A stretch of DNA of 64,000 bases. Origin: an uncultured Gemmatimonadales bacterium. GTDB taxonomy: Bacteria > Gemmatimonadota > Gemmatimonadetes > Gemmatimonadales > Gemmatimonadaceae. Shown in pieces: positions 31,951-41,200 of the stretch (the stretch's first letter is position 1; every line of letters starts with the position of its first letter). The position numbers and the translations under genes were made by a program. Under the pieces are notes generated by a model. The model ran no database searches and was not told where the DNA came from. It worked only from the letters and a program-made list of their open reading frames with translations. The stretch is from contig OY969695.1 in assembly GCA_963701965.1 (NCBI GenBank), positions 2,816,001 through 2,880,000 of the forward strand, in the 5' to 3' direction.

Positions 31951-31976
31951 AATGATCACCGCATGATCAACGCGAG

Positions 31977-32948
31977 CTATGCGACGCGGTCGCGGGGGGA
32001 CTTGCCAGAGAAGAAAAGCTCCAGGTTGGCGAGCGCGCGCTCGCCCATCGCGATGCGGGTGTCCACGGTCGCGCTCCCCAGATGGGGGAGCAGCACGACA
32101 TTGTCGAGCGCGAGGAGTGCAGGCGCGATCGCGGGCTCTTTCTCGTATACGTCCAATCCCGCGCCAGCAATGCGCCGCGCCGCCAACGCCTCGGCCAACG
32201 CCGCCTCATCAATGACGTCACCGCGCGCCGTATTGATCAAAAACGCGTGCGGCGGCATGAGACGTAACGTCTCGGCATTGATCATGTGACGGGTCTCCGG
32301 CGTCGCCGGCGCGTGCAGGGACACGAAGTCGCTTTCCCGCAGCACATCGTCCAGCGACGCCCGGGGCTCGGCGCCCAGCGCCTTCGCCTCGCCAATGGGG
32401 ATCGGTGGGTCGAAATAGATGACGCGCATGCCGAATCCATCGTGCGCACGCTTGGCGACCGCGCGCCCGATCCGCCCCAGACCGATGATCCCCAGGGTCT
32501 TGCCGCTCACCCGCGTCCCCAACATCTGCGTCGGGCCCCATCCGGTCCATCCTTCCGAACGCACCAGCCGCTCTCCCTCGGCCAGCCGCCGCGCCGCCAT
32601 CAACAAGAGGGCGATCGCCAGATCCGCGGTGTCATCGGTGAGCACATCGGGCGTGTTGGTCACCACGACCTCGTGCCGCTTGGCGGCAACGACGTCGATG
32701 TTGTTGAACCCGACCCCGAAGTTGGCCACGATCCGCGCCCGGCGCCCGGCCGTGCCCAGTACCTCGTCGGTGATCTTGTCGGTCACCGTAGGCAGCAAGG
32801 CGTCGGCGCCGCGCATCGCGTCAATGAGCTGCGCCGTCGTCAGTGGCGTGTCGCTCGTGTTGACGCGGGCGTCAAACATCGCTTTGGCGTGCTGCTCCAC
32901 GGCCGCGGGCAACCGCCGGGTGATGACGACCGTCGGCCGCGCGCTCAT
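31977..32948 (-). CDS. hpr: D-glycerate dehydrogenase / hydroxypyruvate(glyoxylate) reductase
   Basis: GVGFNNID, VTNTPDVL, GLGRIG, INTARGDVIDE, AGLDVYEKEP and LPHLGSAT. The real start is MSARPTVV (ATGA overlap); the longer ORF is a frame artefact. Confidence 0.9.
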   Translation of the reverse strand: MSARPTVVITRRLPAAVEQHAKAMFDARVNTSDTPLTTAQLIDAMRGADALLPTVTDKITDEVLGTAGRRARIVANFGVGFNNIDVVAAKRHEVVVTNTPDVLTDDTADLAIALLLMAARRLAEGERLVRSEGWTGWGPTQMLGTRVSGKTLGIIGLGRIGRAVAKRAHDGFGMRVIYFDPPIPIGEAKALGAEPRASLDDVLRESDFVSLHAPATPETRHMINAETLRLMPPHAFLINTARGDVIDEAALAEALAARRIAGAGLDVYEKEPAIAPALLALDNVVLLPHLGSATVDTRIAMGERALANLELFFSGKSPRDRVA

Positions 32949-33826
32949 GAGAGGACCCTCGCCATGGTGGCGCCCAGCTCCGACGGACTGGGCGCGACCT
33001 GGAGCCCCGAGGCGCGCATGATCTCGGCCTTCTCGGCCGCACTGTCGCCGAACGCCGAAATGATCGCGCCGGCGTGCCCCATGCGCCGGCCCGTCGGCGC
33101 CGAGAGTCCCGCGACGTAGCCGACGACAGGCTTCGTCATGTTGTGCCGCACCCACTGCGCGGCTTCCGCTTCCTGCGGGCCGCCAATCTCGCCGATGAGC
33201 AACACTGCGTCTGTCTCCGTGTCGCGCTCGAACAGCTGGAGGATGTCGAGAAATGAGGAACCGTTGATCGGGTCGCCGCCGATGCCCACGCTGGTGCTGA
33301 CCCCAATGCCGAGCGCCGCCATCTGCGACGCCGCTTCGTACCCCAGGGTGCCCGAACGCGAGACAATGCCAACGCGACCTGCGCGATAAATATGCGGCGG
33401 CATGATGCCGATGAAAGCCTTGCCCGGGCTGATCACCCCGGCGCAATTGGGTCCGATCAAGGTCGAACGGCGCTCGCTCGGATAGCGCCGCAAGTACCGC
33501 TTCACCCGCATCATGTCCTGGGCCGGCACGCCGTCGGTGATGGCGACGATCAACCGGATGCCGGCGTCGGCCGCTTCCATGATGGCGTCGGCCGTGAACG
33601 GCCCCGGCACGAAGATTCCGGTGGCCGAGGCGCCCGTCGCGTGGACCGCGGCCTTCACGGTGTTGAACACCGGCAAGCCCAAGTGGGTGGCGCCGCCCTT
33701 GCCGGGCGTCACTCCGCCCACGAGTCGCGTCCCGTAGGCGATCGCCTCCCGGGCGTGAAAGGTGGCCTTGTCCCCCGTGAAGCCCTGGAAAATGATCGGG
33801 GTCGTCTGGTCGATGAGGATGCTCAT
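32945..33826 (-). CDS. mtkB: Malate--CoA ligase alpha subunit (SucD family)
   Basis: MSILID...[45 protein letters not shown] and GRRMGHAGA. The TDGxPAQDM variant and gene context favour MtkB over SucD. Confidence 0.85.
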   Translation of the reverse strand: MSILIDQTTPIIFQGFTGDKATFHAREAIAYGTRLVGGVTPGKGGATHLGLPVFNTVKAAVHATGASATGIFVPGPFTADAIMEAADAGIRLIVAITDGVPAQDMMRVKRYLRRYPSERRSTLIGPNCAGVISPGKAFIGIMPPHIYRAGRVGIVSRSGTLGYEAASQMAALGIGVSTSVGIGGDPINGSSFLDILQLFERDTETDAVLLIGEIGGPQEAEAAQWVRHNMTKPVVGYVAGLSAPTGRRMGHAGAIISAFGDSAAEKAEIMRASGLQVAPSPSELGATMARVLS

Positions 33827-35004
33827 ACCTCGGCACCCGCGAGCATCTGCAATGCACAGACGGCCTTGGCGGCGCCGTCCGCCAACGTGTCGGCGGTCGT
33901 GATCGAAAGGCCGCTCTGCTTGAGGATCCGGCGGCCTTCCTCCACGTTCGTCCCGGCGAGCCGGGCGATGATGGGCGCCGTGATCGACATGTCGCGGGCC
34001 GCTTGCACCACGCCCTGCGCGATCCAATCGCACCGGTTGATGCCGGCGAAAATGTTCACGAGCACGACTTTCACCCGGGGGTCCGACAACACCAGGCGAA
34101 AAGCCGTGGCCACGCGCTCCGGCGAGGCGCCGCCGCCCACGTCCAGGAAATTGGCCGGCTCGGCGCCGGCCAATTTGATCATGTCCATGGTCGCCATGGC
34201 CAGGCCCGCGCCGTTCACGATGCATCCGATCTCACCGGTCAAGCCGACGTAGTTGAGGCCATGCTTGGACGCCTCGGCCTCCCGGGGATCCTCTTCCGTA
34301 TAGTCGCGCAACTCACGCACGTTGGGCCGCCGGAACAGCGCGTTGTCGTCGAACTGCATCTTGGCGTCGAGCGCCAATACGCGCCCATCCTGTGTGACAG
34401 CCAACGGGTTGATTTCCACCATAGTGGCGTCGAGGTCCCGAAAGGCGCGGTAGGCGCCGAGGATCGCCCGCGTCGCCTCGGGCACTTGCGCGGCATCGAG
34501 CCCCAAGCCGAAGCACAGCTCCCGCGCCTGGAACGACTGCATCCCCACGGCCGGCTCAATGACCTCGCGCACCAGCGTGTCGGGCCGCTGCGCGGCGATG
34601 TCTTCGATCTCCATGCCGCCTTCGGCGGTCGCCAGCACGCACACCCGTTCGGCGCGGCGGTCGAGGACCAGGCCCACGTAGAGCTCGCGGGCGATGGGCA
34701 CCGCGGCCTCGATGTAGAGCCGCTGGACGAGCTTGCCCTGCGGGCCCGTCTGCTTGGTCACCAGCACGCGCCCGAGCAAGTCGGCCGCCGCGGCGTGGAC
34801 ATCGTGCTCCGAGGCGCAGATCCGGACGCCGCCCGCCTGCCCGCGGCCGCCGCTATGAATCTGGGCCTTGATCACCCACCGCGCGCCGCCGATCTCGCGC
34901 GCGCAGTACACGGCCTGGTCCGGCGTGTAGGCGACGCTGCCCCGCGGCACCGGCACCCCGAAGTTCGCCAGCAGCTCCTTGGCCTGGTACTCATGGATGT
35001 CCAT
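33823..35004 (-). CDS. mtkA: Malate--CoA ligase beta subunit (SucC family)
   Basis: [66 protein letters not shown] and [11 protein letters not shown], which is MtkA-like rather than SucC's FGGIVRCD. Confidence 0.88.
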   Translation of the reverse strand: MDIHEYQAKELLANFGVPVPRGSVAYTPDQAVYCAREIGGARWVIKAQIHSGGRGQAGGVRICASEHDVHAAAADLLGRVLVTKQTGPQGKLVQRLYIEAAVPIARELYVGLVLDRRAERVCVLATAEGGMEIEDIAAQRPDTLVREVIEPAVGMQSFQARELCFGLGLDAAQVPEATRAILGAYRAFRDLDATMVEINPLAVTQDGRVLALDAKMQFDDNALFRRPNVRELRDYTEEDPREAEASKHGLNYVGLTGEIGCIVNGAGLAMATMDMIKLAGAEPANFLDVGGGASPERVATAFRLVLSDPRVKVVLVNIFAGINRCDWIAQGVVQAARDMSITAPIIARLAGTNVEEGRRILKQSGLSITTADTLADGAAKAVCALQMLAGAEV

Positions 35005-35956
35005 TGCGGGCTCCAGCGTCTATCGCGTCCATCGTGTGCACGACGTTGCGGGCCATCCGTGCCGAAGCGGCGTCGATCATCTTGCCGTCCAGCTGCGCCG
35101 CGCCGCGGCCGCCGGCGGCAGCTTCGTCGATGGCGACCAGGATCCGGCGCGCGCGATCGACCTCGGGCGTGGTGGGCGTGAACACCTCGTTGGCCAAGGC
35201 GATCTGCGAGGGATGGATCGCCCATTTCCCCTCGACACCGAGGGCCGCGGCCCGGCGCGCCGCGGCCCGGTAACCGTCGGGGTCCTGGAAATCGCCGAAC
35301 GGCCCGTCGATGGGCCGCAACCCGTACGCGCGGCACGCGACGATCATCCGGGTGAGCGAGGCGTGCCACTGGTCGCCGGGATAGTCGGGGTTGAGCCCTC
35401 CGATGCTCACCGTGCGGGCGCGCAGGCTGGCCGCGTAGTCGGCGACGCCAAAGTGCATGGCCTCGAGACGACGGCTGGATTGCGCGATCGCCTCGACGTT
35501 CGCCATCCCCAGGGCGGTCTCGATCAGGACTTCGATGCCGACGCGGCGCGGCAAGTCCGTGCGGCCGTGGGCGTCCTCGATCTGCGTGAGCAACGCGTCG
35601 ACCATGTAGACATCAGACGCGGTGCCGACTTTCGGGATGAGCACCGTGTCGAGGCGGTCGCCAGCCGCCTCCACGACGTCGACGACATCGCGATACATGT
35701 AGTGCGTATCGAGCCCATTGATGCGCAGCGAGATCGTCTTGCCCCGCCCCCGCCAGTCATGATCGCGAAGGCCCGCGATGGCCTGCGCCCGGGCGGCCAC
35801 TTTCTCGTTCGGCGAGACCGCATCCTCGAGATCGAGAAAGACGTAGTCGGCATCGCCGGCCAACGCTTTGGCGAACAGCTCCGGCCGCGAGGCCGGCACC
35901 GCCAGCTCGCTCCGCTGCAGGCGCTGACGGGTGGGCTCGGGGCGCCAGAAGCTCAT
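34991..35956 (-). CDS. mcl: Malyl-CoA lyase (L-malyl-CoA/beta-methylmalyl-CoA lyase, CitE/HpcH family)
   Basis: [69 protein letters not shown] and [11 protein letters not shown]. Confidence 0.92.
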   Translation of the reverse strand: MSFWRPEPTRQRLQRSELAVPASRPELFAKALAGDADYVFLDLEDAVSPNEKVAARAQAIAGLRDHDWRGRGKTISLRINGLDTHYMYRDVVDVVEAAGDRLDTVLIPKVGTASDVYMVDALLTQIEDAHGRTDLPRRVGIEVLIETALGMANVEAIAQSSRRLEAMHFGVADYAASLRARTVSIGGLNPDYPGDQWHASLTRMIVACRAYGLRPIDGPFGDFQDPDGYRAAARRAAALGVEGKWAIHPSQIALANEVFTPTTPEVDRARRILVAIDEAAAGGRGAAQLDGKMIDAASARMARNVVHTMDAIDAGARNGHP

Positions 35957-37161
35957 ACTCCTGCCGCGGCGGGAGCGCGCTTCGCCGTCTTCGCCGCGCA
36001 CTTGCCGCGCCAAAATTCGGCGGCGGCGGCCACGCCCGATCCCGGCGTCACGTCGATCCCGACGTCGCGCATGGCCATCTCGGCGCCGGCGATGCCGCTG
36101 ATCAACATCAACTCGTTGAGATCGCCGAGGTGTCCGATGCGAAAGAGCTTGCCGGCGACCTCGGAGAGCCCGGCCCCGAGCGCCAGGTTGTAGCGCTTGA
36201 ACGCGACATCAATGATCTCCGCGGCATTGACGCCCGGCGGAGTCATCACGGCGCTCACGGTGTCGGAGTACCACTTGGGATCTCTTGCACAAAGTTGCAG
36301 TCCCCATGCCTGTACGGCGCGCCGCGTGCCCTCGGCCAGCCAATGGTGCCGGGCGTACACGTTGTCGAGACCCTCCTCGAACAGCATGTCGAGCGATTCC
36401 CGCAGCCCGTAGAGCAGGGGGATCGACGGCGTGTACGGGAAGTATCCCGTGGCGTTGGCCTTGATCTGATCCCCGAAATCGAAGAACACCCGCGCGCACT
36501 TGGCGCTCGACTGGAGGGCGAGCGCTCTCTGGCTCATGCACACCAGTCCAAGTCCGGCCGGCATCATGAAACCCTTCTGGGATCCCGTGATCGCGGCGTC
36601 GACGCCCCAGGCATCCATCTCGAACGGCAGGCTGCCGATGGCACTCACGCCGTCGACATAGAGCAGGGCGGGATGCCGCGCGGCGTCGATGGCTTCGCGG
36701 ACGGCGGCCACGTCGGTGGTGACGCCGGTCGCCGTCTCGTTATGCACGACGAGTACGCCCGTGATCTCGTGCGCCGTGTCGGCGCGGAGCGCCGCCGCGA
36801 TGCGGTCGGCCGGCGCGCCCTCGCCCCACGGCACCTGCATCACGTCGACCCTGAGGCCCAATCGCTGCGCGCAGTCGATGAAGAGATGACTGAACTGGCC
36901 GTAGCGGGGGGCCAGGACCCGATCGCCGGGCGAGCGTGTGTTGGCGAGCGCCGCCTCCCACATCCCCGTCCCCGTCGCCGGGAACACGAAGGCCTGTCCC
37001 GTCTCGGTGCGGAAGACGCGCTTCAGGTCCTCGAAGATCCCCTTGGGCAGCGCCGGAAACGACGATGACCGATGATCCTCCTGCGCGCGATGCATCGCGC
37101 GCAGGATGCGATCGGGGACATTGGTGGGACCGGGCACGAAAAGGTGATTCCGACCGGGCAT
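35953..37161 (-). CDS. sgaA: Serine--glyoxylate aminotransferase (class V PLP aminotransferase)
   Basis: PGRNHLFVPGPTN, EDHRS, VHNETATGV, DGVS, GSQKG (PLP Lys), GYFPYTP and FRIGHLGDLNE. The N-terminus matches methylotroph SgaA as I recall it. Confidence 0.9.
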   Translation of the reverse strand: MPGRNHLFVPGPTNVPDRILRAMHRAQEDHRSSSFPALPKGIFEDLKRVFRTETGQAFVFPATGTGMWEAALANTRSPGDRVLAPRYGQFSHLFIDCAQRLGLRVDVMQVPWGEGAPADRIAAALRADTAHEITGVLVVHNETATGVTTDVAAVREAIDAARHPALLYVDGVSAIGSLPFEMDAWGVDAAITGSQKGFMMPAGLGLVCMSQRALALQSSAKCARVFFDFGDQIKANATGYFPYTPSIPLLYGLRESLDMLFEEGLDNVYARHHWLAEGTRRAVQAWGLQLCARDPKWYSDTVSAVMTPPGVNAAEIIDVAFKRYNLALGAGLSEVAGKLFRIGHLGDLNELMLISGIAGAEMAMRDVGIDVTPGSGVAAAAEFWRGKCAAKTAKRAPAAAGV

Positions 37162-37247
37162 GAGACGGCATCCTCGACAGAAATGATATGGCGGGCGGGC
37201 TCGACTTGGTGCCCACTTACCGGCACGTCGCGTGCCGAAAAGCGACA

Positions 37248-37285
37248 GAAAGGGCCCCCCCGCTGAATGGCGAAGGAGCCCTCTC
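37248..37285 (-). terminator. 16-bp G-U-rich hairpin between the small Cys/His gene and sgaA
   Basis: Minus strand GAGAGGGCUCCUUCGC-CAUUCA-GCGGGGGGGCCCUUUC pairs fully only with G-U wobbles, so it is strand-specific. It is followed by UGUCGCUUUU. Confidence 0.7.
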
Positions 37286-37301
37286 GCTCAAGAGCCGCGA
37301 C

Positions 37302-37490
37302 CTATCGAACGAGCTGCTCGACCTCTGCAGCCTTACATCGATTCTCGTGGTCCGGATAGGTGTGACCGCAGTGGACACAGACCTCGCCAAAGCCGGTGCG
37401 CTTCCACACGAGATAGTACACCGCGCGCTGCAACTGCTTGATGCGTTCGTTGATCTGTCGGACGTCGAGGTCCGCGTCGGGTGGTGTCAT
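37302..37490 (-). CDS. Small hypothetical protein with CxxC..H...C putative metal-binding motif
   Basis: 62 aa: coiled-coil-like helix followed by EVCVHCGHTYPDHENRC. TATAGT -10 box 7 nt before the ATG and a hairpin after the stop. Confidence 0.7.
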   Translation of the reverse strand: MTPPDADLDVRQINERIKQLQRAVYYLVWKRTGFGEVCVHCGHTYPDHENRCKAAEVEQLVR

Positions 37491-37505
37491 GCCCTACACT
37501 ATAGC

Positions 37506-37910
37506 TCAGCGAGAGAGGAAACGCGACCGGACGTCCGCGGTCGGCACCATACACGTGTCGCGCCGGCCGAACCAACGGAAGCGGTTCCGCGCAATACAGC
37601 GATAGACGGCGTCGCGCACCGGCCGGGGAACGATCATCAGGCCGCGGGCCAACACCGGCCACACCCCGTCGAGCCCTAGGGCAATCCGAAGCGCGGCCGT
37701 GGACTCCTGATAGACGCGGTCACTCTCGACCAAGACGACGCTGGATGCCGGCGCCGTCCACTGGACGCCGCGTTGCCGCAGCAGTTCTGTCGCGGCGTCG
37801 CCCTGGAATGGCGCGAACGTAAAGTGTCCGTGGGGGTCGTGGCGGATAACGAACCGCACCCAGGCATTGCACAGATTACACACCCCATCGAACACGATCA
37901 CACGCGCCAT
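37506..37910 (-). CDS. DCC1-like thiol-disulfide oxidoreductase (DUF393)
   Basis: VIVFDGVCNLCN, FAPFQ, STAALRI and RDAVYRCIARNRFRWFG..DTC. Confidence 0.92.
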   Translation of the reverse strand: MARVIVFDGVCNLCNAWVRFVIRHDPHGHFTFAPFQGDAATELLRQRGVQWTAPASSVVLVESDRVYQESTAALRIALGLDGVWPVLARGLMIVPRPVRDAVYRCIARNRFRWFGRRDTCMVPTADVRSRFLSR

Positions 37911-37955
37911 GAGTTCAACATACCGGTGGGCGGGAAGCAGCCCCATGTTTCTCTC

Positions 37956-38588
37956 ATGTTTTCCCGGTGCCTCCTGGTGTTGGCCCTTGCGGCGCGGCCG
38001 GCCTGCGGCCAAGCGGCCGCGACCGACGAATTCATCACGCTCACGGCCAAGGGCGATACGTTCGCCGTCGAACGCTACGTGCGGACGCCGGAGCGCGTGG
38101 CGGGGGAGATGCTCGTCCCGTCCGTCCACCAGCTGCTCTCCTACACGTACACGCTGGGGGACAGTGAGTTGGTAAAGCGCCTCGATGTCGCAGTGCGCCC
38201 GGACTCGGCGGCGCCGTCGACCCCCGCCCGGCAAGTCTTCGCGCTCTCGTTCGCCAGCGACAGCGTGCACATCGAGGCGCCCGGAGGCACGCGGTCGGTG
38301 CCCGCCGCGCGCGGCTCGCTCCCCTGGATCAATCCCTCGTTCGTGCTGCTCGAGCAGCTCGTGCGCCGCGCCCGCAGTCGGGACCCCCGGCGGGCGCGCA
38401 CGGACACGGTGCCGATGTTCGATCTCAACAGCGGGCCGATCTCGGCGTCCGTGAGCTGGGTGGGCGCCGACTCGGCGATCATCGCGTTCACCACGGTCAC
38501 CGTGCGCGCCGCGGTCGATCCCAAGACGGGTCAGGTGCTGGGCGTCCGATTTCCCGACGGCGGATCAGTGCGCGCCCATCATCTCTAG
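37956..38588 (+). CDS. Hypothetical secreted protein
   Basis: Signal peptide MFSRCLLVLALAA followed by a beta-rich body (GDTFAVERYVRT). Confidence 0.7.
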   Translation: MFSRCLLVLALAARPACGQAAATDEFITLTAKGDTFAVERYVRTPERVAGEMLVPSVHQLLSYTYTLGDSELVKRLDVAVRPDSAAPSTPARQVFALSFASDSVHIEAPGGTRSVPAARGSLPWINPSFVLLEQLVRRARSRDPRRARTDTVPMFDLNSGPISASVSWVGADSAIIAFTTVTVRAAVDPKTGQVLGVRFPDGGSVRAHHL

Positions 38589-38617
38589 CAGGTGCTGAAC
38601 TACGCACGCTGCTAGAG

Positions 38618-41113
38618 TTAATCGGTTGGACTGATCTCCGCTGCGCGGAGCTCCAGCATGGTGGCGCGGCGCGGCGGGGGTTCGGGGACGGCGTCGCCCT
38701 TGACGGCGCGCCACAGGATGGTGTTGAACAGCGTCTCGTCCGACTCGTCCTCTTTCCCCAGCCGGAGCCGGCGGGACATCGCCGCCAGCGGCCCTTTGGC
38801 CGGGTTCATCTCGTCGAGGGGGACGGACGGCGTCAACGCCGTGTAGGGCGTGGTATCGGCGACGGACGCGAAGGCATCGCGCAGCGGCCGGCCGAACCGG
38901 TCGAACGGCGACAAGGAACCGAGGCCGAGGATCTCTTCCATTGTCGCGATGACATTGGTGGTGTTGGCGAAGCGGTGCCGCACGCCCGCGCGCGCGTAGG
39001 GCGAGATCACCAGCACGGGCGACCGGTGGGAGTCGACATGATCGGCGCCGGCCTGGGCGTCATCCTCGAGCACGAACACCGCGGTGCTCTTCCAGAACGG
39101 CGTCTTGGACAACGCCTCGATCATCCGCCCCAGCGCCAGATCGTTGTCGGCGACCATCGCGCGCGGGGTCGGCGCGCCGGCCCGGGCGCCGGCGGTGTGA
39201 TCGTTGCCGAGGTGCACGATCTCCAACGCCGGCATCGCCCCGTCGTGCACGTAGCGCTCGAGCTCCGCGATCCAGATATCGGCCCGGCGCTGGTCGGTGA
39301 TCGACAGGTCGAACGGCGGAAAATCGGGGTTGGTGTGGGACTTGAGCGCGGGTTTCGCGCCGATCGCGGGGCCCTTCCACTTGCCTTCTTCGGCCGTGCG
39401 CCCGTTCTCGACCACGAACTCGCCGTAATCGCGCAGTGAAAGTCCCTTGGCGGCGGCGAGATCCCAGAGGTAACCCGCGACCGGCGACGCGACGTCATCG
39501 CCGTCGCGCGGCAGCACGTTGCGGTTCGTGCCCTCGTAGTCGTACGTGCGGCCACGCGCCGAGTAGTTGGACTCCAGGGTTTTTTCCACGTAGTCGGTCG
39601 CGTAGGCCGCGGTCGACCAGGGGTGCCCGTCGGCGCTGACTTCGGCGTTCACGAAGAACCGGTCCCAGATGCCGAATCGCTCGGCCAACGCATGGTGATT
39701 GGGCGTGATGGACCGGCCAAAGAACACGATCGACGAGTCGCCGTCTCCCTGGGGCAGGTCGCCGAAGATCTGATCGTAGGTCCGGTTTTCCTTGATGATG
39801 TAGACCACGTGGGTGATCGGCGGATAGCTCGCGGCGGGGCGCGATGTCTTCCAGCGGTTGGCGCGCGCGACGCGGGCGGTGTAGCCGGCCAGCGTCGCCG
39901 AGTCGCGCGGTGCGGCGACGATCGACAGGGTGCCCGACAACTGGCCGAGGGTGTAGGCCTCGGGGTGGCCATTCTTGTCGCGCGGCGACGGCCGGGTGGG
40001 CCCGGGGCCGGTCCCGGGGTTGGGCGCCGTGCCGATCCCCTTGCCGTTCACCACGAACAGCGCATCGCCAGGGCCGGCCGCGATCGCGGTGGGATACCAC
40101 TCGACGGGCACGCGGGCCACGAGGCGGTCGCCGCCGCCGAGCTGCACGATCGCTACGGCGTTGTTGTCGGCCTCCGCGATGAACAACCGGGTGCCGTCAG
40201 CGGAGAGCGCCAGCGCATTCGGGGTGCTGCCCTCGGCGGTGCCCGCGGGCGTCGGATCGTCGATGTGGCGCGCCACGCGGCGCGTCTTGGTGTCGATCAC
40301 GTCGACGCGGTCGGTGCTGGCCGAGGCGACGAATAGCGACGCGCCGTCGGCGCTCAGGGCGAGGGCCGAGGGATGCCGGGCCACCAGAACGCGCCCGCGC
40401 GCGGCGAGCGCGCCGCCGGCGCGGGGCGCGAAGACGGACACGGTGTGGCCGCCCCACGCCGAGACGTACACGCTGCTGTCGTGGCCGACCACGACGGCGT
40501 AGGGATAGCGCTCGGTGGCCAGGCGCTGGCGTACCCGATGCGCCGCGACGTCGACGACCGCGAGCGAGTCGCCGAGGTTCTCGGCGACGTACAGGCGGTG
40601 GCCATCCGGAGACACCGCGATGCCGGCCGGATAGCGCCGGCCGCCCGTGTTCTTGTCGTGCGGATCGCGCGCGTGGGTTTCCTCCAGCGCGATACTGTCG
40701 ATGAGCGTCGCGCTGTCGGCGCGCCAGGCATAGATGTAGACCTTGTCCTCGTTTCCGCCCGACGCATACAGCGTCGCGCCGTCCGGCGCGAACGCCAGGC
40801 CGAGAAACGCGGCGGGTTGCGGTAGCGTTTGGCGCAGTGCGCCGGTGCGGTCGACGATGGCGATGCCCTGCGAACGCCAGCCGTTGAGCGACAGCACCAG
40901 ACAGCTCGAGTCCGGCGACCAGATCGCGCTCAGCGGCAGCGGTCCCACCTCGTGCGATGTGCCGGCCGGGTCGAGCGTGACTCCCGTGGGCAGGCGCGTG
41001 CCGGCGAGCGTGCCGGTCGATCCCGCGGGCCCGGGCGGGGTCTGATCATTGTGGACCGTCGTGCAGGCGGCCAATACCGCAGCCAACGTGGCCAGTGCTC
41101 GTCCCAAGCGCAT
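38618..41113 (-). CDS. YVTN/YncE beta-propeller fused to a phosphoesterase/alkaline-phosphatase-superfamily domain (lipoprotein)
   Basis: Lipobox VLAAC, repeated SPDG..LYVA blades, HVVYIIKENRTYDQ, EVSADGH, GNDHT and EDDAQAGADHVDSHRS. Confidence 0.9.
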   Translation of the reverse strand: MRLGRALATLAAVLAACTTVHNDQTPPGPAGSTGTLAGTRLPTGVTLDPAGTSHEVGPLPLSAIWSPDSSCLVLSLNGWRSQGIAIVDRTGALRQTLPQPAAFLGLAFAPDGATLYASGGNEDKVYIYAWRADSATLIDSIALEETHARDPHDKNTGGRRYPAGIAVSPDGHRLYVAENLGDSLAVVDVAAHRVRQRLATERYPYAVVVGHDSSVYVSAWGGHTVSVFAPRAGGALAARGRVLVARHPSALALSADGASLFVASASTDRVDVIDTKTRRVARHIDDPTPAGTAEGSTPNALALSADGTRLFIAEADNNAVAIVQLGGGDRLVARVPVEWYPTAIAAGPGDALFVVNGKGIGTAPNPGTGPGPTRPSPRDKNGHPEAYTLGQLSGTLSIVAAPRDSATLAGYTARVARANRWKTSRPAASYPPITHVVYIIKENRTYDQIFGDLPQGDGDSSIVFFGRSITPNHHALAERFGIWDRFFVNAEVSADGHPWSTAAYATDYVEKTLESNYSARGRTYDYEGTNRNVLPRDGDDVASPVAGYLWDLAAAKGLSLRDYGEFVVENGRTAEEGKWKGPAIGAKPALKSHTNPDFPPFDLSITDQRRADIWIAELERYVHDGAMPALEIVHLGNDHTAGARAGAPTPRAMVADNDLALGRMIEALSKTPFWKSTAVFVLEDDAQAGADHVDSHRSPVLVISPYARAGVRHRFANTTNVIATMEEILGLGSLSPFDRFGRPLRDAFASVADTTPYTALTPSVPLDEMNPAKGPLAAMSRRLRLGKEDESDETLFNTILWRAVKGDAVPEPPPRRATMLELRAAEISPTD

Positions 41114-41200
41114 TGAGTGCCCCTCACATGTGTCAACGCGGTGTGCAAGTCCGGACCGAACCGGCGTCTCCCTCGTACAACCGCGACTCGAGGGAACGTT

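Noticed and set aside
31977..34225. 626-aa and 426-aa ORFs suggesting N-terminal fusions to hpr and mtkB
   Set aside because: The extensions are off-frame readings of the upstream genes. The true starts are at ATGA overlaps (32948, 33826).
32945..35004. Plain TCA-cycle sucCD
   Set aside because: MtkAB-like residues and the mcl/sgaA/hpr context favour malate--CoA ligase; phylogeny is still needed.
37190..37240. ZTP or glycine riboswitch upstream of sgaA
   Set aside because: Only scattered words resemble the ZTP consensus, the core GACUGGCG/GGGAGC/CUGGGC elements are missing, and the region lies upstream of the likely -10 box.
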